Source: Rhina ancylostomus
Lineage: Eukaryota
Assembly: GCA_030265395.1 (NCBI GenBank)
Contig: JARFYF010000029.1
Location: 12,808,494 to 12,872,493, forward strand
Direction of reading: 5' to 3'
DNA length: 64,000 nucleotides
Of the stretch, positions 1-13,254 are shown one piece after another (within the stretch, counting starts at the first letter, position 1; every line of letters begins with the position of its first letter). The translations under genes were made by a program, and so were the position numbers. Under the pieces are notes generated by a model. It searched no databases and was not told the origin of the DNA. It saw only the letters and a list, made by a program, of their open reading frames with translations.

Positions 1-2160
1 TGACCAACTTATCCATTGCGTAGGAGCAGTAGGACAGGCAAAGACATGCAAATGATAGGCATCAAGAGCAAGCAAAAGGATGATCAGTTAATGCTTGACA
101 TCCTTTGGCATGCTTTGATTTGGATTGTTGACTTTGATTATGGTGTGACCAAGAGAGCCCAAAGATGATCCGTAGCAGAGGGAAGGCAAAAGCAGACAGC
201 TGATGCTGGAGGCCTGTTTGTCAGATTTCCACTCATAGGAGTCTGTCCTGGATAGCCTAGCCAAAAAGGAAGCATCGAGTTTGCTTCCATCCTTCCTTTC
301 CATCACCTTTTGTCTCTCGTATTCCACAGCTACCTGCAGTTCAGCGGTGTTGTTGTTAACGATGGCTCAGTCCTCATTTTGACAAGGTTGTGCAGTTTAT
401 CGCTGACCACTAGAAATCCTAAAACCTGCCCTGCTGGTGTTGCAGGGGTCTTCCAGAGCTACTTAGACAACAAAGTCAATGTTTAACCATGCAATGGTCT
501 GTTCTAGTACATTTCACCATATGCCATTCATTATGAGCAAGCAATTAGAATGTGGGGCATAAAGCAGTGTCTGCTGTTAGTGGTGCAATTATTGGAATAT
601 GACATTTGAAAATAAATTCACCATCTCTGCAACTCCTGCAGTGCTGCATTCAGGTCTTCAGGATGTGACTCCTACCATTGTCTGTTCCGATTACCCTGCT
701 CTGACTGCATGTCAACATGGCACTATGGCCCCCTATATATATGGGACATTAGCTCTCCACCAAGTCCTCCAATGAAGATGCAAAACTAGCCACTGCAAAA
801 AGAGGTTGGCATGAAGGAGATGGAACTAGTCACTGCAGGTGGGCCCTGACATAACATATTGCTTGAATGCTATACTGTTATAGAGTAGCAGGACCCACGC
901 TCAATCCTTGAATCCTCCGATAATAATTTGATCCTTTGGAGAGGGGGCAAATGGACACCAAGGCAGATGGATGACAGAAAATTTGAAGCAGTGAGAGCCT
1001 CCTCTCATATTCACAGTTCAAAATATAAAATTATCATGGGCCTAAGTAGGTGCCAATTAATTACGTTACAAATGATGAGTCTGTTTTCTTGGCCTCTGCC
1101 TGACCAACTTCATATCAAAATGGAAATGTACCTGGCACCGAGCCTCCTTCACTGGTTTCTTGAACCACTTTTTAGTGTAGATCTGTACAAACTAATGGAT
1201 TACAGTCCAAGGAAAGGGCGAGTGTTTGCATGTGGTGAGGAGTGAGAACACCAATCTCTGATCTATTTCAAAATGGGATGGGTGGTCAAGCTGTCACCTT
1301 GAAGTGGCAGCATAGTAATAATAGCTAAAGCATTCCAGGAATCATTTTAACTACATGTCAGTGAAGGCGCAACATACGGAGCCAGTTGAGGACCCAGTTT
1401 TAACGAGCTTGTCTTTCAACTGCAATGAAATCATAAGTCTAGATGCAAGTGTTATTTTAATTGCCATCAGGCAACAGCAGAGGGTAAAATAATTTGCAGA
1501 AATTGAATTCCATGACGTAACTAAATGTAATGGCAAAATGTAATATCCCATACAGTGTGCTTTAGCCTGTCTTTATTACAGTTACTCTGCAATAGCAACT
1601 TTCTTTAAAATTATGCTGGAATTCTTCTTTGACTCTTGCATTCAAATCTACATGCAAGGTATGATACCCCCTTATTTGGATATACAAAGCGTGAGCTGTT
1701 CTCAAAACTGTAGTAGTAATTTTGACTGACTTAATGATATGAAAATTGGTCTAGAGCTAATAATAAATCAATCTCTTGTGAAATAAAATAAATCTTATTT
1801 GGATTTGTAAATGAATGCTTTCAAATTGCCATCCTTGCCTGCGGGCAGAGATTGTCCTGGATAGAAAGCACTGGACTGGTAGTTTCTTGACTGCGATAAT
1901 TAGCATTTAATATTCATTCAGGTAAATGCAAGAGAGTAAGGAACAAAAATGTGCACTTCACTCATGCTATTGTTTAATTCTAATCTCTTCTGGTGCCTGG
2001 CCTCAATAATGTTTTGCTTTTAATATGTTGCTGCATACTAAATGACCATGACATCTGTTTCATTTTGCCAGTAAAGTGTTCTGATCATTATTTTCCAACA
2101 TGCTGAATAGACTCTTGGAAAAATCAACATTTGTTCGGGGAGCATAACCCTGGTATTTTA

Positions 2161-2182
2161 TTCCTTCCTTCCTTCCTTCCTT
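2161..2182. repeat. (TTCC)n microsatellite
   Basis: ttccttccttccttccttcctt. Confidence 0.9.
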
Positions 2183-4264
2183 AATAATAAGTTAGGTTTT
2201 TCAGTTTTCATTGTTCGCCTTCAGAAATTTCTACATTCACCTTTTTAAAAAGCATGTTTTTTTTTATTTTTGTTTTCTTTCCTATGGTTTTCAGTGACAT
2301 AATGGATAAATTATGACAAAATGCACACCCCACCTCTCTTTCAGTGGAGCCACTCTTTTTCACATTATACACATTTCTTGNNNNNNNNNNNNNNNNNNNN
2401 NNNNNNNNNNNNNNNNNNNNNNNNNNNNNNNNNNNNNNNNNNNNNNNNNNNNNNNNNNNNNNNNNNNNNNNNNNNNNNNNTCATCTGTCAGCTTTCTAGC
2501 TATGTGTCAGCCTTTTTGTGGAGATGGCCGGTATTATCACACATTTTAGATTGAAATGGGTAAAAGTGAATTTTCCAACGCATTCTCCAGCGTATAAATG
2601 GCTAAAATTAAGGAGGACATGAGAGGCAAATCTCCGGAGCTATCAATAAACCAGGAACCGATAGTAAATAATTACCCTTTCTTCATTAAAGTCATCAAAT
2701 TATGATGTGGAGGAGTTAAGTTTAGAGCATAATAATCAAATAAGAAAGGTGTGTTTTATATTCCATCCCACTTCCTAGAAAATAAAACCTTGACAATGTT
2801 TAATCTCACAGTGTACTTTGACCTTCAGTGAAAGGTTAATCCATTAGTTCTCAAGCTGAATCTGTTGCTGTGAAAAGGCTGTAGAGTCCAGCCCACCTAA
2901 CAGTAAACAGCCTGAGATACAGAAGCTGCACCTGTGGGATTAGGTTTAACAGCAGGAAGTGAGAGACTTTGCAGCATATAATTAAGTAGGAAATTTTTTT
3001 GTTCTTTTGGACCATGTGTTCATCTGGTCAGGTTAACAAGTGATTAACCTTCACCAAAGCTGCTGAAGTCTACACCCAGAATTAGATTCATACGAGCTTT
3101 TCTACCTGTAAAAAGCCATTCTTTTGAATAACAAGGCTGCTTAAGAAAAATAAAACAAAACAAAACTTTTCCCTTTTGACTAACAAAAGTTCATTCATGC
3201 TGGCAGTATATCCACCTTGTTATTTAGACCCGTTTCCTAGTGACTACATCTGTGAATGAGTTCATTACTAATTAATGCCCGAGATTTACAGGTGTAGCTT
3301 AGAAGTGCTGAAACGATATATTGCACAAAAATCTCATGCGTTTGGTCCAGTTAGAGTGTGATGCATAGCTTGTCGTAGAGTGAAATAAAAGTTTGGACTC
3401 CTTTCTTCAATTCATGAATTCCACAATGTAGCCTCCACAAAAGTGAAGGATCCCACAGCACATAATGGCTCAAAGGGATGGATGTCTTGATGCCCATGAA
3501 AGCACATTAATATTGGTTGCAGAAAGCATGCCCAATCCAAAGAACACTCAAGAAAAGATAAAATAAACATGTCTAACTCCTTCTGAAGCATGCTAAATCA
3601 CTTTTCAAACCGGCAGGGTAAACGATCAACATTCTTATACATCCTGCACTGAGAATGAGAGTTTTAATAACAATATTCAATACTTTTGACCAACTGTGAG
3701 CATGTTGCACAACTTCAAAAGTTTTGTCATCTTCTTTCTGGTTTCCTCTTAAGTATGTTTCCTCCAGTCACTGCAGTTTCTCCTTAACTTATCCAAAACT
3801 GCCCATAAAAGTGAACACCTCTAAGACGTGTCCCCTTAACCTTTTTCAGATCGAAGGAAAATAATACCAGCTTTTGTAGTTTCTTCAAATAACTAAAAGC
3901 CCACTTTCATCATACCATGAAAAGCTTCCACGTTTTCTTTTGTCCATTACTTCCAGCCAGAGTAAGTTCAATATATTTCTCTCTCCCCTCTCACATCTAA
4001 AGCACCAATGCTCTATGATGACAGATCTGGCCCGCGAAGCTCATTTGTGTTTATTTTTCATGTTTGCTCATTGTCTCATTTAAATTTTGGAAGCTTAGTT
4101 ATTTGAAAAGGGCTGATATTAGACAGGGGGATATGTCACAAATTAGAAAGCATAGAATGTTATATCCAGGGTACATCTACACACCTATAGAGATCATGTA
4201 AACAAAAAGTGAATAATTTTCAGGTCCTCCTAAATGAAGACATGGATTACTGCATTGTCTTGTG

Positions 4265-4480
4265 AGCTGTAAATGGAGATGAACAGGCTGTAATTTCACC
4301 ACTTCTGACCTTGTGGCGGAGGGATGATCATTGATGAAGCAGCAGAAGACACTGCCCTGAGAAACATCTGTATTGATGTCCTGAGGCTGGGATAATTGAC
4401 CTTCAACAATCGCAACCACATTGCTTTATATGAGCTGTGATTCCAACCATCAGAGTGTTTTTCCTCATCCAGTTTTACCC
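4265..4480 (-). mobile_element. LINE reverse-transcriptase fragment (CR1/L2 group)
   Basis: VEGQLSQPQDINTDVSQGSVFCCFINDHPS is a decayed GVPQGS..FINDL motif. Confidence 0.75.
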
Positions 4481-5639
4481 AGGCTTCTTAATGCCAAAAA
4501 TTTTGGCTTGCATGGGCTTCAGGGACTTGACAGAGCAGCAGTTTTTCTGAAATGACATATATTCAGACATATTAAAATATATAATGCAGCAAGAGACATA
4601 AGTTGTATTTGCTAAACAGGAATAAATAATCCATTCCCTGGTCTCCGTGGTGCCACTTCTCAATGCAGAATGACACAGAAACATGATGCAAGAATTCGGT
4701 AGGGGCTCAGGCCTCCTGAGTATTAAAAGCATATTCAGGGGCTTAATTGGAAAGTGTGCAAGCAGAAGCTGCCCGTACATTGCAATGAACAGGTCACTTA
4801 GTGTGTGAAAAATGAGTTGAAGGTTTCACTTGCAGTGCCTGTAGAAATAGGCTCTGCTGGAGTCAGCCCTGCTGCTTAGGTTCAAGCATCTTAAAGGTTG
4901 ATTTCTTTGCTGCCTGTCACTCCACCTTAGCTGTTGCATGGGTGATTAGCTTTAACATTGCTGGGCCAGGTCACTGGATGCAATGCCACAAGTGCAAGGT
5001 GCTCTATCCCTTACTGTGACAACCCGTCCTGTTAACCAGCAACCTGAAGACCAAAGGAGGGCTTGTGCAGATCCAAAGTTCAATCCTTGAGTGGTACCAA
5101 GCAGCTTGAACAGACAAATGGAAAATTGCCAACAGCAATTAAAAACATATTGAATTCACTATAAAAAAAAATGTGACCTAGTTGTGGATTTCCATCTGTA
5201 CCTAATTTGAATCTGGACAGCAGAAGAACTTAATAGAAAGGTTAGCAGCACAATGAGGAGGTCATTCCCTTTGATAATTGCAGTTTTCATTGCTGCTTTA
5301 TGAGTTAAGACAGTGAACAAAGGACCTTGGGATGTATAGTCAAAGGCATCTGTATTTCTTTATTTAACAAAGAAAACGGTCAGTGGAAATACAGTTTTCA
5401 GTTAATGGACTATATTTCATCAGCATTGAATTTGCAACAAAATGTTGGAAAGTCAACAAAATTCCAGTTGGCCTTGGACTGGCTGATGAGCCCTGTGGAA
5501 AATGTGCAATAATTTAAATTTTTTAGTTCTCATATAAGCAGCCCCTGGACCACACAAATGTTAAAATGCTATTTGAAAGCTTGATTGTGATATCCTAATC
5601 GATATCCTGATCCTGTACTTCTTTTCACCCATCTGAAGT

Positions 5640-5956
5640 TGGCTCAATGAATATCTGTCTTGCATCAGAGTGAACAAATTAGCATCCAACTCCAGAGCAT
5701 ATACCAAGACTGACAGCCCATTGCCCCTCTGAGTGAGTGTTGCACAGTTGGAAGTGTCCCAGTTCAGATGAGAGTTTAAACCAAGGAGCAGTCTGCCTTG
5801 TCAAATTGTATGGCATTAGTGGGCAAAAAATATAGCAGTTATCACTGATGTCCTAGTCAATATTTATCCTTAAACCAAAAACAAAATATCTGGTGATTAT
5901 CCCACTCCAGAGGGAACTTACTGTGCACAGTTTTGTTGCATTACAGCATGGGTTAC
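5640..5956 (+). mobile_element. Old Deu-domain SINE (SacSINE1/AmnSINE1-like)
   Basis: gagtgttgcacagttggaagtgtccc..cagatgagagtttaaaccaagg...gtcctagtcaatatttatcc..aacc...tatctggtgattatc matches the Deu-domain consensus as I recall it. Confidence 0.65.
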
Positions 5957-8900
5957 NNNNNNNNNNNNNNNNNNNNNNNNNNNNNNNNNNNNNNNNNNNN
6001 NNNNNNNNNNNNNNNNNNNNNNNNNNNNNNNNNNNNNNNNNNNNNNNNNNNNNNNNACAGTTCAGAAGTATTTTCTTAACCAGACACCTGAACTCATAAA
6101 AGTTGCAATATCGATTGTTTTCTCTTAAAGAAAGCTCCATGTACCAAGGACCTATTTATGGTACCGAGATGCCTTCCTTGCTTTTTTTTTCCAATTACAA
6201 TTTGTTTAAGTGTTTTTTAATGCTAGTTTTAAGTTTTGCTGGTCCTGGACAGGCTGAGAACTTTTGGGTAGTATGCCATCCAGTATCACATCTATCATCA
6301 CCTGTGGACGGGTTTTCCCTGAATTCCCATTAACTTAAGTTTTACCTGAGCTCTATGATGTTACACTATTAAATACTTCTCCGAGGTCAATAGCGGTCAC
6401 TCTCACCTCAGATCTTGAATTCAGCTCTTGGGACCAGTGGTATTATGTCCATAAGTGGAGCTAATTGATCCTGTGAAACCAAACTGAGCATCAGTGAGCA
6501 GGATACTGGTGAGTTTGTCTCTCCTGGAAGAACTGTCAACAGTATCTTCCATCGCTTGGGCTAGACTACAGATCTTCAGGGCTGCAACCATAGACTTACT
6601 TTGAATCCAGTTTATTTCTTCATTTCAATTGAAGATAATTGGATTGACTGCAGACAGGCTTCTCTGATGGCAGGTACCATGGCAGGAAATAAAGATGGAT
6701 TATTTACTTGCCACTTCTGACTGAAGATTGTTGCATGCATGACAGGACTACAGAGTTTTGAATTGATCCATTGGTTGTAGCATTGTTTAGCTGTCTGTTG
6801 CAAGCTGCTTTGGCCATTTAGCATGTGTGCGACCACCTCAGCAGAATATAACTGTCAACGTGTACTTAAGTGTTCCTCTAATTAAGATTGGCCCTGAGCT
6901 TAACAGTGATAGTGGAGTGAGGAACATGCTATGACTGAGAACGCAGGTTGTTGTGGAAGACAATTCTACTGCTGCTGACGGCATACAGCACCTTATGGGT
7001 GCCCAGTTTTAAGCAGTTAGTTCTGTTCTGAGCCTACCTCATGTCGTACAATGGTCATACCAAAGAACACAATGGAGGGTGTCATTGTGATCTAGCACTG
7101 AAGGTACTGTTCATCATATCGTTGGCTGGATTCATTGGTTGGACAGAGTAATTTTGTAAAAATGAAAAGGGATTAGAAATAGGAACAGTATCTTCATTCT
7201 TAACAAGTAGTGAGTGAAAAACAAGAAATCGAATACTAAGAAAAGTGAAGCGACTAGCATTACAGAGATGTTTGAGATGTTGATGCTTCACAGAAAAAGA
7301 CAGATCTGATGTAAACCCTTACCCCTCCCTATGCTGAAATCCCGTGTTATGTTTAAGTCTTCACATCACGTTGATTCCATTTGATAAAAACATTTGTGCT
7401 GATTACTCCCATGGACAGTCACACAATAAGTCATGAAAAATAGGCGATAGATTTGAAATCAAAGTTCAAGTTGTTTGTAGTTTTTTTTTAATAAGTGCTA
7501 ACTCAGCATGAGAAAGAAATTTGTTTCCTCTTCATCTTACTTTAATAGAAAGATGACCTGTGCAGTCTGATGAACTGAGCTATGAAGTTTGATGGTGCTA
7601 ATAATGAGAAAGTTGTTTGCTTCCTTTCTTGGTACTCAGCACCTTCTGACAAACCAGAGAACATGACAGTTGTACAAGATGTGTGCTAATAAGGAATATA
7701 TCTCTTCCCCATTCATTATAAATAATTACCCTTTGCAAGTTGCGATATAGAAGAAATTGTTTTAAAGAACTGCAATTCTAATTGGTAAATGTCACCAGCT
7801 GCTGCAGTAAATCTATCCAAGTTGTGTGTGTTCTTGTAATAATTAGTTACTGTCTCAAGACTGCAGACTGTATGTGAAAATCTATTCTCAAGGTGTGAAA
7901 CTCCCATATGTCTCCTAGCCTGCGACAGGTAGATGAGCAGTGAAGAGAGGAAAATAGCTGCGGTAACAAAATAGATTCTGTTGGCTTTTATTAAAACAAA
8001 AACAGCAAGTCTGTCATTCAATTTAGGATGAGATTGAACAAACAAAGGGCAAGATGTCTATTTAAAAAAAATTGCCAATGACCTAGTTTGGGTTTCTTTG
8101 GGAAACCCTGTTTGGGATTTCACTTCCTCAAAGAAATCTTGGTCAGCTAGTTTCTTTACCTTCTAAATCTATATTAAGTTATTAAATAGCTAAATATTGT
8201 CTTCATTTTACCCTTCAATTCTTATACCCAAGATTGATGTGTGACCAATGAAGCTGCAAGTGCCCGAGTCCAATTTCAATATAGAATCATGTTGTCCTTT
8301 TCAAATACTCCTCTGCGATGAGCTTCTAACCCTCACANNNNNNNNNNCTGAGTTAAATAGTTTCCATCCGCAATGACTTACTGCCTTTGAACTTTTCAAT
8401 CTGCCAAGGAATCAGTCTCGTATATATCAGAGTCATGAATTGAATTATATCAGGGAGATCATATTGCTCAGGATATATGGAGACAATACTTTGAAACAGG
8501 CAACTTATATTCAGTTTCCTGTTTTCCTTCTTCCCTCCTTTCTTGAAAAATGTTGTATTTTCTGTTTTCCAGTCTGGAGAATTGATAGAAGTTTAGTAAG
8601 TATTCCAATAATTAGAAGTGTTTTTCAGTCCCCAAGTATTTTTTCTTAGGCAATTAAACTATTTTCTGAGACATACAAGAAGCCTTTAAGGCATGAGTGA
8701 GTGGAAACTAGTGAAGTGGTCTTCTGCTTTGTCAATGTAGGACCTTTTCCTCAAATTGCTAAATGGGTGAAAGGTTTGTTTCAGATTGTGAGTTTTACAC
8801 TCAACTTGGCATTATTGCTTTGTTTAACTGTTACAACATACAGTATAAGAAAGTATTTGAAGCATAGTTCAGAAACATTATAATATTAATGATGAGCAAT

Positions 8901-9405
8901 GAATAGAGTAATTCTTCAATGAAGATCCTAAAAATTTTCCAATGTCTATCACATATTTCTGTTAAATGAATTCACAATAATTCACAACCAGCATTTCCTG
9001 CAAGACCTTACCTCACTGGTCAAGTCTGAATGGGGAGTCAGCTTAAAATCCTATCAAAGACATTCCTATCACCTGAGTTGGCAGAGGCTGGATTATTGAG
9101 GATCACTATTCTATCCTATTCCAATGACACAGTTAATCATTCTTCAGTTTCAATGGGGAATGAAGTAGCTTAAAGCAGCAGATCATATGTTGTCATGAGT
9201 AGGAAATGACATTGGCAGCTTCATTTTGTAATATTACTTTGTCCCTATTATGAAAATGGTGGATATGGATTAACCATGGTTTGGACATTTTAGCAAGGAT
9301 AATTTGCAAAATACAGATAGGGAAATGAGAGACCCAAGGCAAAATCTAACAAGGTCATTTATATTTGTGCAGCTTTTGACGTTTTTTTTATGTATTTCTT
9401 TCCAG

Positions 9406-9513
9406 CAACCTGGAATGGACCTGGCGGACACCTACATCACATTTGTACGGCAGAACCAGGACATACTCCGTGACAAGATCAATGAGGAAATGTATATAGA
9501 AAATTTATTTGAT
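9406..9513 (+). CDS. CADPS2: CADPS2 (calcium-dependent secretion activator 2) third-to-last coding exon
   Basis: Acceptor tttctttccag|, donor |gtaagt, 108 nt, phase 0/0. Translates [36 protein letters not shown], matching the CAPS C-terminal region. LADTY and RQNQDIL are CAPS2-type (CAPS1 has VADAY and RHSQDVL). Confidence 0.96.
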
Positions 9514-9946
9514 GTAAGTATCTGCCCTTGCAAGGCATGCTGAAAAGATAAGTGAGGAATATTTTCTTTAGAGGGATAAATAGCATTTGGATACTCAGTG
9601 CCTTGCATAGTGTTAAATGTTCATGTGGATTTCCATACTGTTCAAAGACTGTGTTGCTTTATTAACTTTTTTTTTCAAATTGGTTCCCAATCAGAAACAA
9701 ACTTGTTCTCCTCATAAATTATCATGGCACTGTGCAAGTTCAGGCCTATTATACAACATGGTTATCAAAGTGGAGTCTTAATGGTGAAGAATGATTCTGT
9801 GCAGAGTCCAGCCTGTCTGCAGTGTTTTAAAGTAATTTGTGTCAGTCTTGTTAAGTAAATTTTCTATCGTATTTTCTTCTTACTCGTTTCCCTCACTTTA
9901 ATCCGATCAAGTTGCATGCTGAGATGTTATTCCAATGGATATTAGT

Positions 9947-10338
9947 TGTCATGGTGCTGAGTTCTGGCCCTCAATTTGGCTCCATTAATGCCTTGTTGCC
10001 CAGAACATGGATTCCAGGCTGGACTGATTACATAACAATACACACCTGAGCCCCATCAGGGGCCTAGCATAAGTACCTGTGTTTCTCTGGCACTNNNNNN
10101 NNNNNNNNNNNNNNNNNNNNNNNNNNNNNNNNNNNNNNNNNNNNNNNNNNNNNNNNNNNNNNNNNNNNNNNNNNNNNNNNNNNNNNNNNNNNNNCAGTTT
10201 GTGTTGGGATTCCTCTTCTGATCTCCAAGGCAAGATTCCTTCCAGTTGCTGCCTGTGTTTGTCCTGAGGAAATATCCTGACTCCACTCTTGTATAGGTGT
10301 GCTACATTTGGGTTCTGAGTTTGCTCAACATTGTGACA
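9947..10338. mobile_element. Solo LTR, copy 1 (contains an N gap)
   Basis: Starts TGTCA, ends TGACA, flanked by 5-bp direct repeat TTAGT (9942-9946 and 10339-10343). Closely similar to 30952-31242. Confidence 0.85.
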
Positions 10339-11268
10339 TTAGTATTGAGGAGGTTGATTTGATTTGCATTTCATGAGATCTGATTAAGTATAAGAAAATG
10401 AGTCTTTCTGGATCTCTTATTAGTGAGCAAAAATATTTCCTATGATTGACATCTGTTGGTCATTTGGTCTTGGTGACAAGCACATGGATTGTGTCATAAG
10501 GCCATGTATCCAGTACTCCAACTCTATCATCTAGCATATAGTCTCCTGCATAACAGGAGCCAATAGAAAGTGTGTGTTTGCTTTATTCCAACAACATGTA
10601 GATTTTAATAAGTGGCCTTTCAGCAGTCATAGAAGAGAAGACTTACTATATTTTAAGAGATGTGTTTTAGTTAGGAAGACTTAATGTAGCTTGTGACAAG
10701 CCAAAGTAAGAACTGATACACCTAGTTACCAAGAAGACTAATTTTCCACCAGGATTTCCTGGTTATTGGCTTTTGGGTATCCAGTATTTATTCTGAAGTA
10801 GTAAGAGTCTGCATTTCTAGATGGCACTTGACCAATTTAAGCAAAATCTTCCAGTTTGCCCACCTTGGCTTGGTTTGAGCTGCTCATATTATTATTCATT
10901 GACCATTTCCCAAGTTTTGCTGTATGTATTGAATACTCTTTCAATAAACAGTGAAATATAAGCTGAAGTAGCCCCTTTGGACAGCACATAATGTCTTATC
11001 ACTATGTGATTCCTCATTCCTATGCCATTTCTTCAATTTTTTTTTCCCTCTTGGCATTGGCATTTCACCGCAGGTGTTTTGCCACGTAAACTGTTAAGCA
11101 GTTAATTTTTTTTCTGATTTGTTTTTAGCCTTCACAAGAATCGATAATTTCCTTTCATGACTTCTAAGTTTTATTTAGATGAGACAAGATATCTTTATTA
11201 GTCACATGTACATTGAAGCACACAGTGAAATGCATCTATTGCATAGTGTTCTGTGGGCAGCCCCCAAG

Positions 11269-11330
11269 TAGTAATGAGCATGTTCAGGCGCTGATAAAGA
11301 TTTATCAGCGCCTGAACATGCTCATTACTA
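11269..11330. repeat. Perfect inverted repeat, 30-bp arms, 2-nt spacer
   Basis: tagtaatgagcatgttcaggcgctgataaa-ga-tttatcagcgcctgaacatgctcattacta. Confidence 0.97.
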
Positions 11331-12959
11331 TGTGTCATTCATTTCCCATTAAGGATGTCAAAGAAGCACAGCAAAGTATTCTGCAGAACACCAAGAGGAC
11401 CATTTGCACTTGTGGAAGCTGGGATAAAGTGAATCACCACTTCATTTATTTCTTTCTCTGTTTTCGATTGAATTGATATGAATGGAAATAAAATTCAAGA
11501 GGGATATAAAATGGTTGATTGATTTAATTGGATATTATCCCACTTGGTCAAAGTTACCCACAGGAGTTTAAAACATTTAAAACTATTGAACAACTAATAA
11601 TGATGGATTATTATACTTAAATTCAAAACTCATTGTCTGGAAAAGTATGGAATATCAGACTTTCCTGTAAATCCTTTCTCATCTCAGTAATACTGAAGAT
11701 AATTATCATAAGCTCACTTGAACTGTTCCTCTTTGCAGGTTTTATTGCTTGTTCCATCAAATAGCTTTCTTTAGAGAGTGGCAAATTTCTACCAGGCAGG
11801 TCATCTCAGCTGTAGAGCATTATGGTGCTCCTCCTCAACTCCAGGAATTGGGATGCTCCCTTGTGCTGGCCTCTGAGATCTGACCTGTTTGTTTCAAAGT
11901 AAATTGACTGATGAAGGAATAACTCTTAGTGTTCTTTATCAGCAGAAGTAGGTGCTCTTCTGGTACTTGTTGGCTGCATCAGTAACTCTGCCAGAGGAAC
12001 ACCTGGATATTATGCTACCAAACAAAAGATATAGCATTTTACTATCAGAATATCAGTAAAATTGCTACTTGAAGAATGTTCTTGTATTTATTAAGCATAA
12101 ACTCTATTCAGTATAAGGGGTATTGTATCAAATACAACTCTGAATTTTCCAAATAAAATTGGTGGTGTTTTTTGGGAAGACCCAGAAATGAATGAGCTGG
12201 ATCATCTGTCCCACCACTCACCAGCTATTTTCTAGCTACGTATGGCTGCAATGTGTACCATTCCTTTGTCCTATGCTGTCTTCCTGAATTCCCAGTGGAG
12301 TTCACCTTGTCTGGGAAGACATGCACAACACTGACATCATTGGCACACTTTGAAGATATGTAATTTTCAGGAGTTATGTTAAATGCAGAGAGCTGAGGGA
12401 GAGACATATTGAGGATACAGGGGTTTAATGATTTCTCTGCTTTTCTCCAAAATGCTTTTCACTCCGACTCAAACATTTTACTACTATTACTATTTTCAAT
12501 AGAATAAAAACCTAAACTCGTTGCTTGAATGTTTTGTAACATCACAATTGTGAAGTGAATTCACTGAATTATAATCTANNNNNNNNNNNNNNNNNNNNNN
12601 NNNNNNNNNNNNNNNNNNNNNNNNNNNNNNNNNNNNNNNNNNNNNNNNNNNNNNNNNNNNNNNNNNNNNNNNNNNNNNNNNNNNNNNNNNNNNNNNNNNN
12701 NNNNNNNNNNNNNNNNNNNNNNNNNNNNNNNNNNNNNNNNNNNNNNNNNNNNNNNNNNNNNNNNNNNNNNNNNNNNNNNNNNNNNNNNNNNNNNNNNNNN
12801 NNNNNNNNNNNNNNNNNNNNNNNNNNNNNNNNNNNNNNNNNNNNNNNNNNNNNNNNNNNNNNNNNNNNNNNNNNNNNNNNNNNNNNNNNNNNNNNNNNNN
12901 NNNNNNNNNNNNNNNNNNNNNNNNNNNNNNNNNNNNNNNNNNNNNNNNNNNNNNNNNNN

Positions 12960-13254
12960 CCACCAAGCCCACACCAACCATCACCCACCCATTTACCCCA
13001 ATCCCACTTTTTATTCTCCCCACGTTCTCATCAACTCCTCCCCAGATTCTACCCCTCACCCACACATTGCCTGGGGGCAATTTACAGTGGCCAATTAACC
13101 TGCACATTTCTGGGAGAAACCAGAGCACCCGGAAGAAGCGCACACAGTCACAGGGAGCACGTGCAAGCTCCACACAAGACAGCAGCCAAGGCCAGGATTG
13201 AACCTGGGATGCTGACACTGCGAGGCAACAGCTCTTCTAGCTGCGCCACTGTGT
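12960..13254 (-). mobile_element. HE1/V-type SINE
   Basis: Reverse complement of the V-domain (gggagaaaccagagcacccggaagaa) and B-box-like ggattgaacc. Confidence 0.85.

Noticed and set aside
5478-5510. CTGATGAG...GAAAA, a possible hammerhead ribozyme
   Set aside because: No proper stem II closing pair and no stems I or III.
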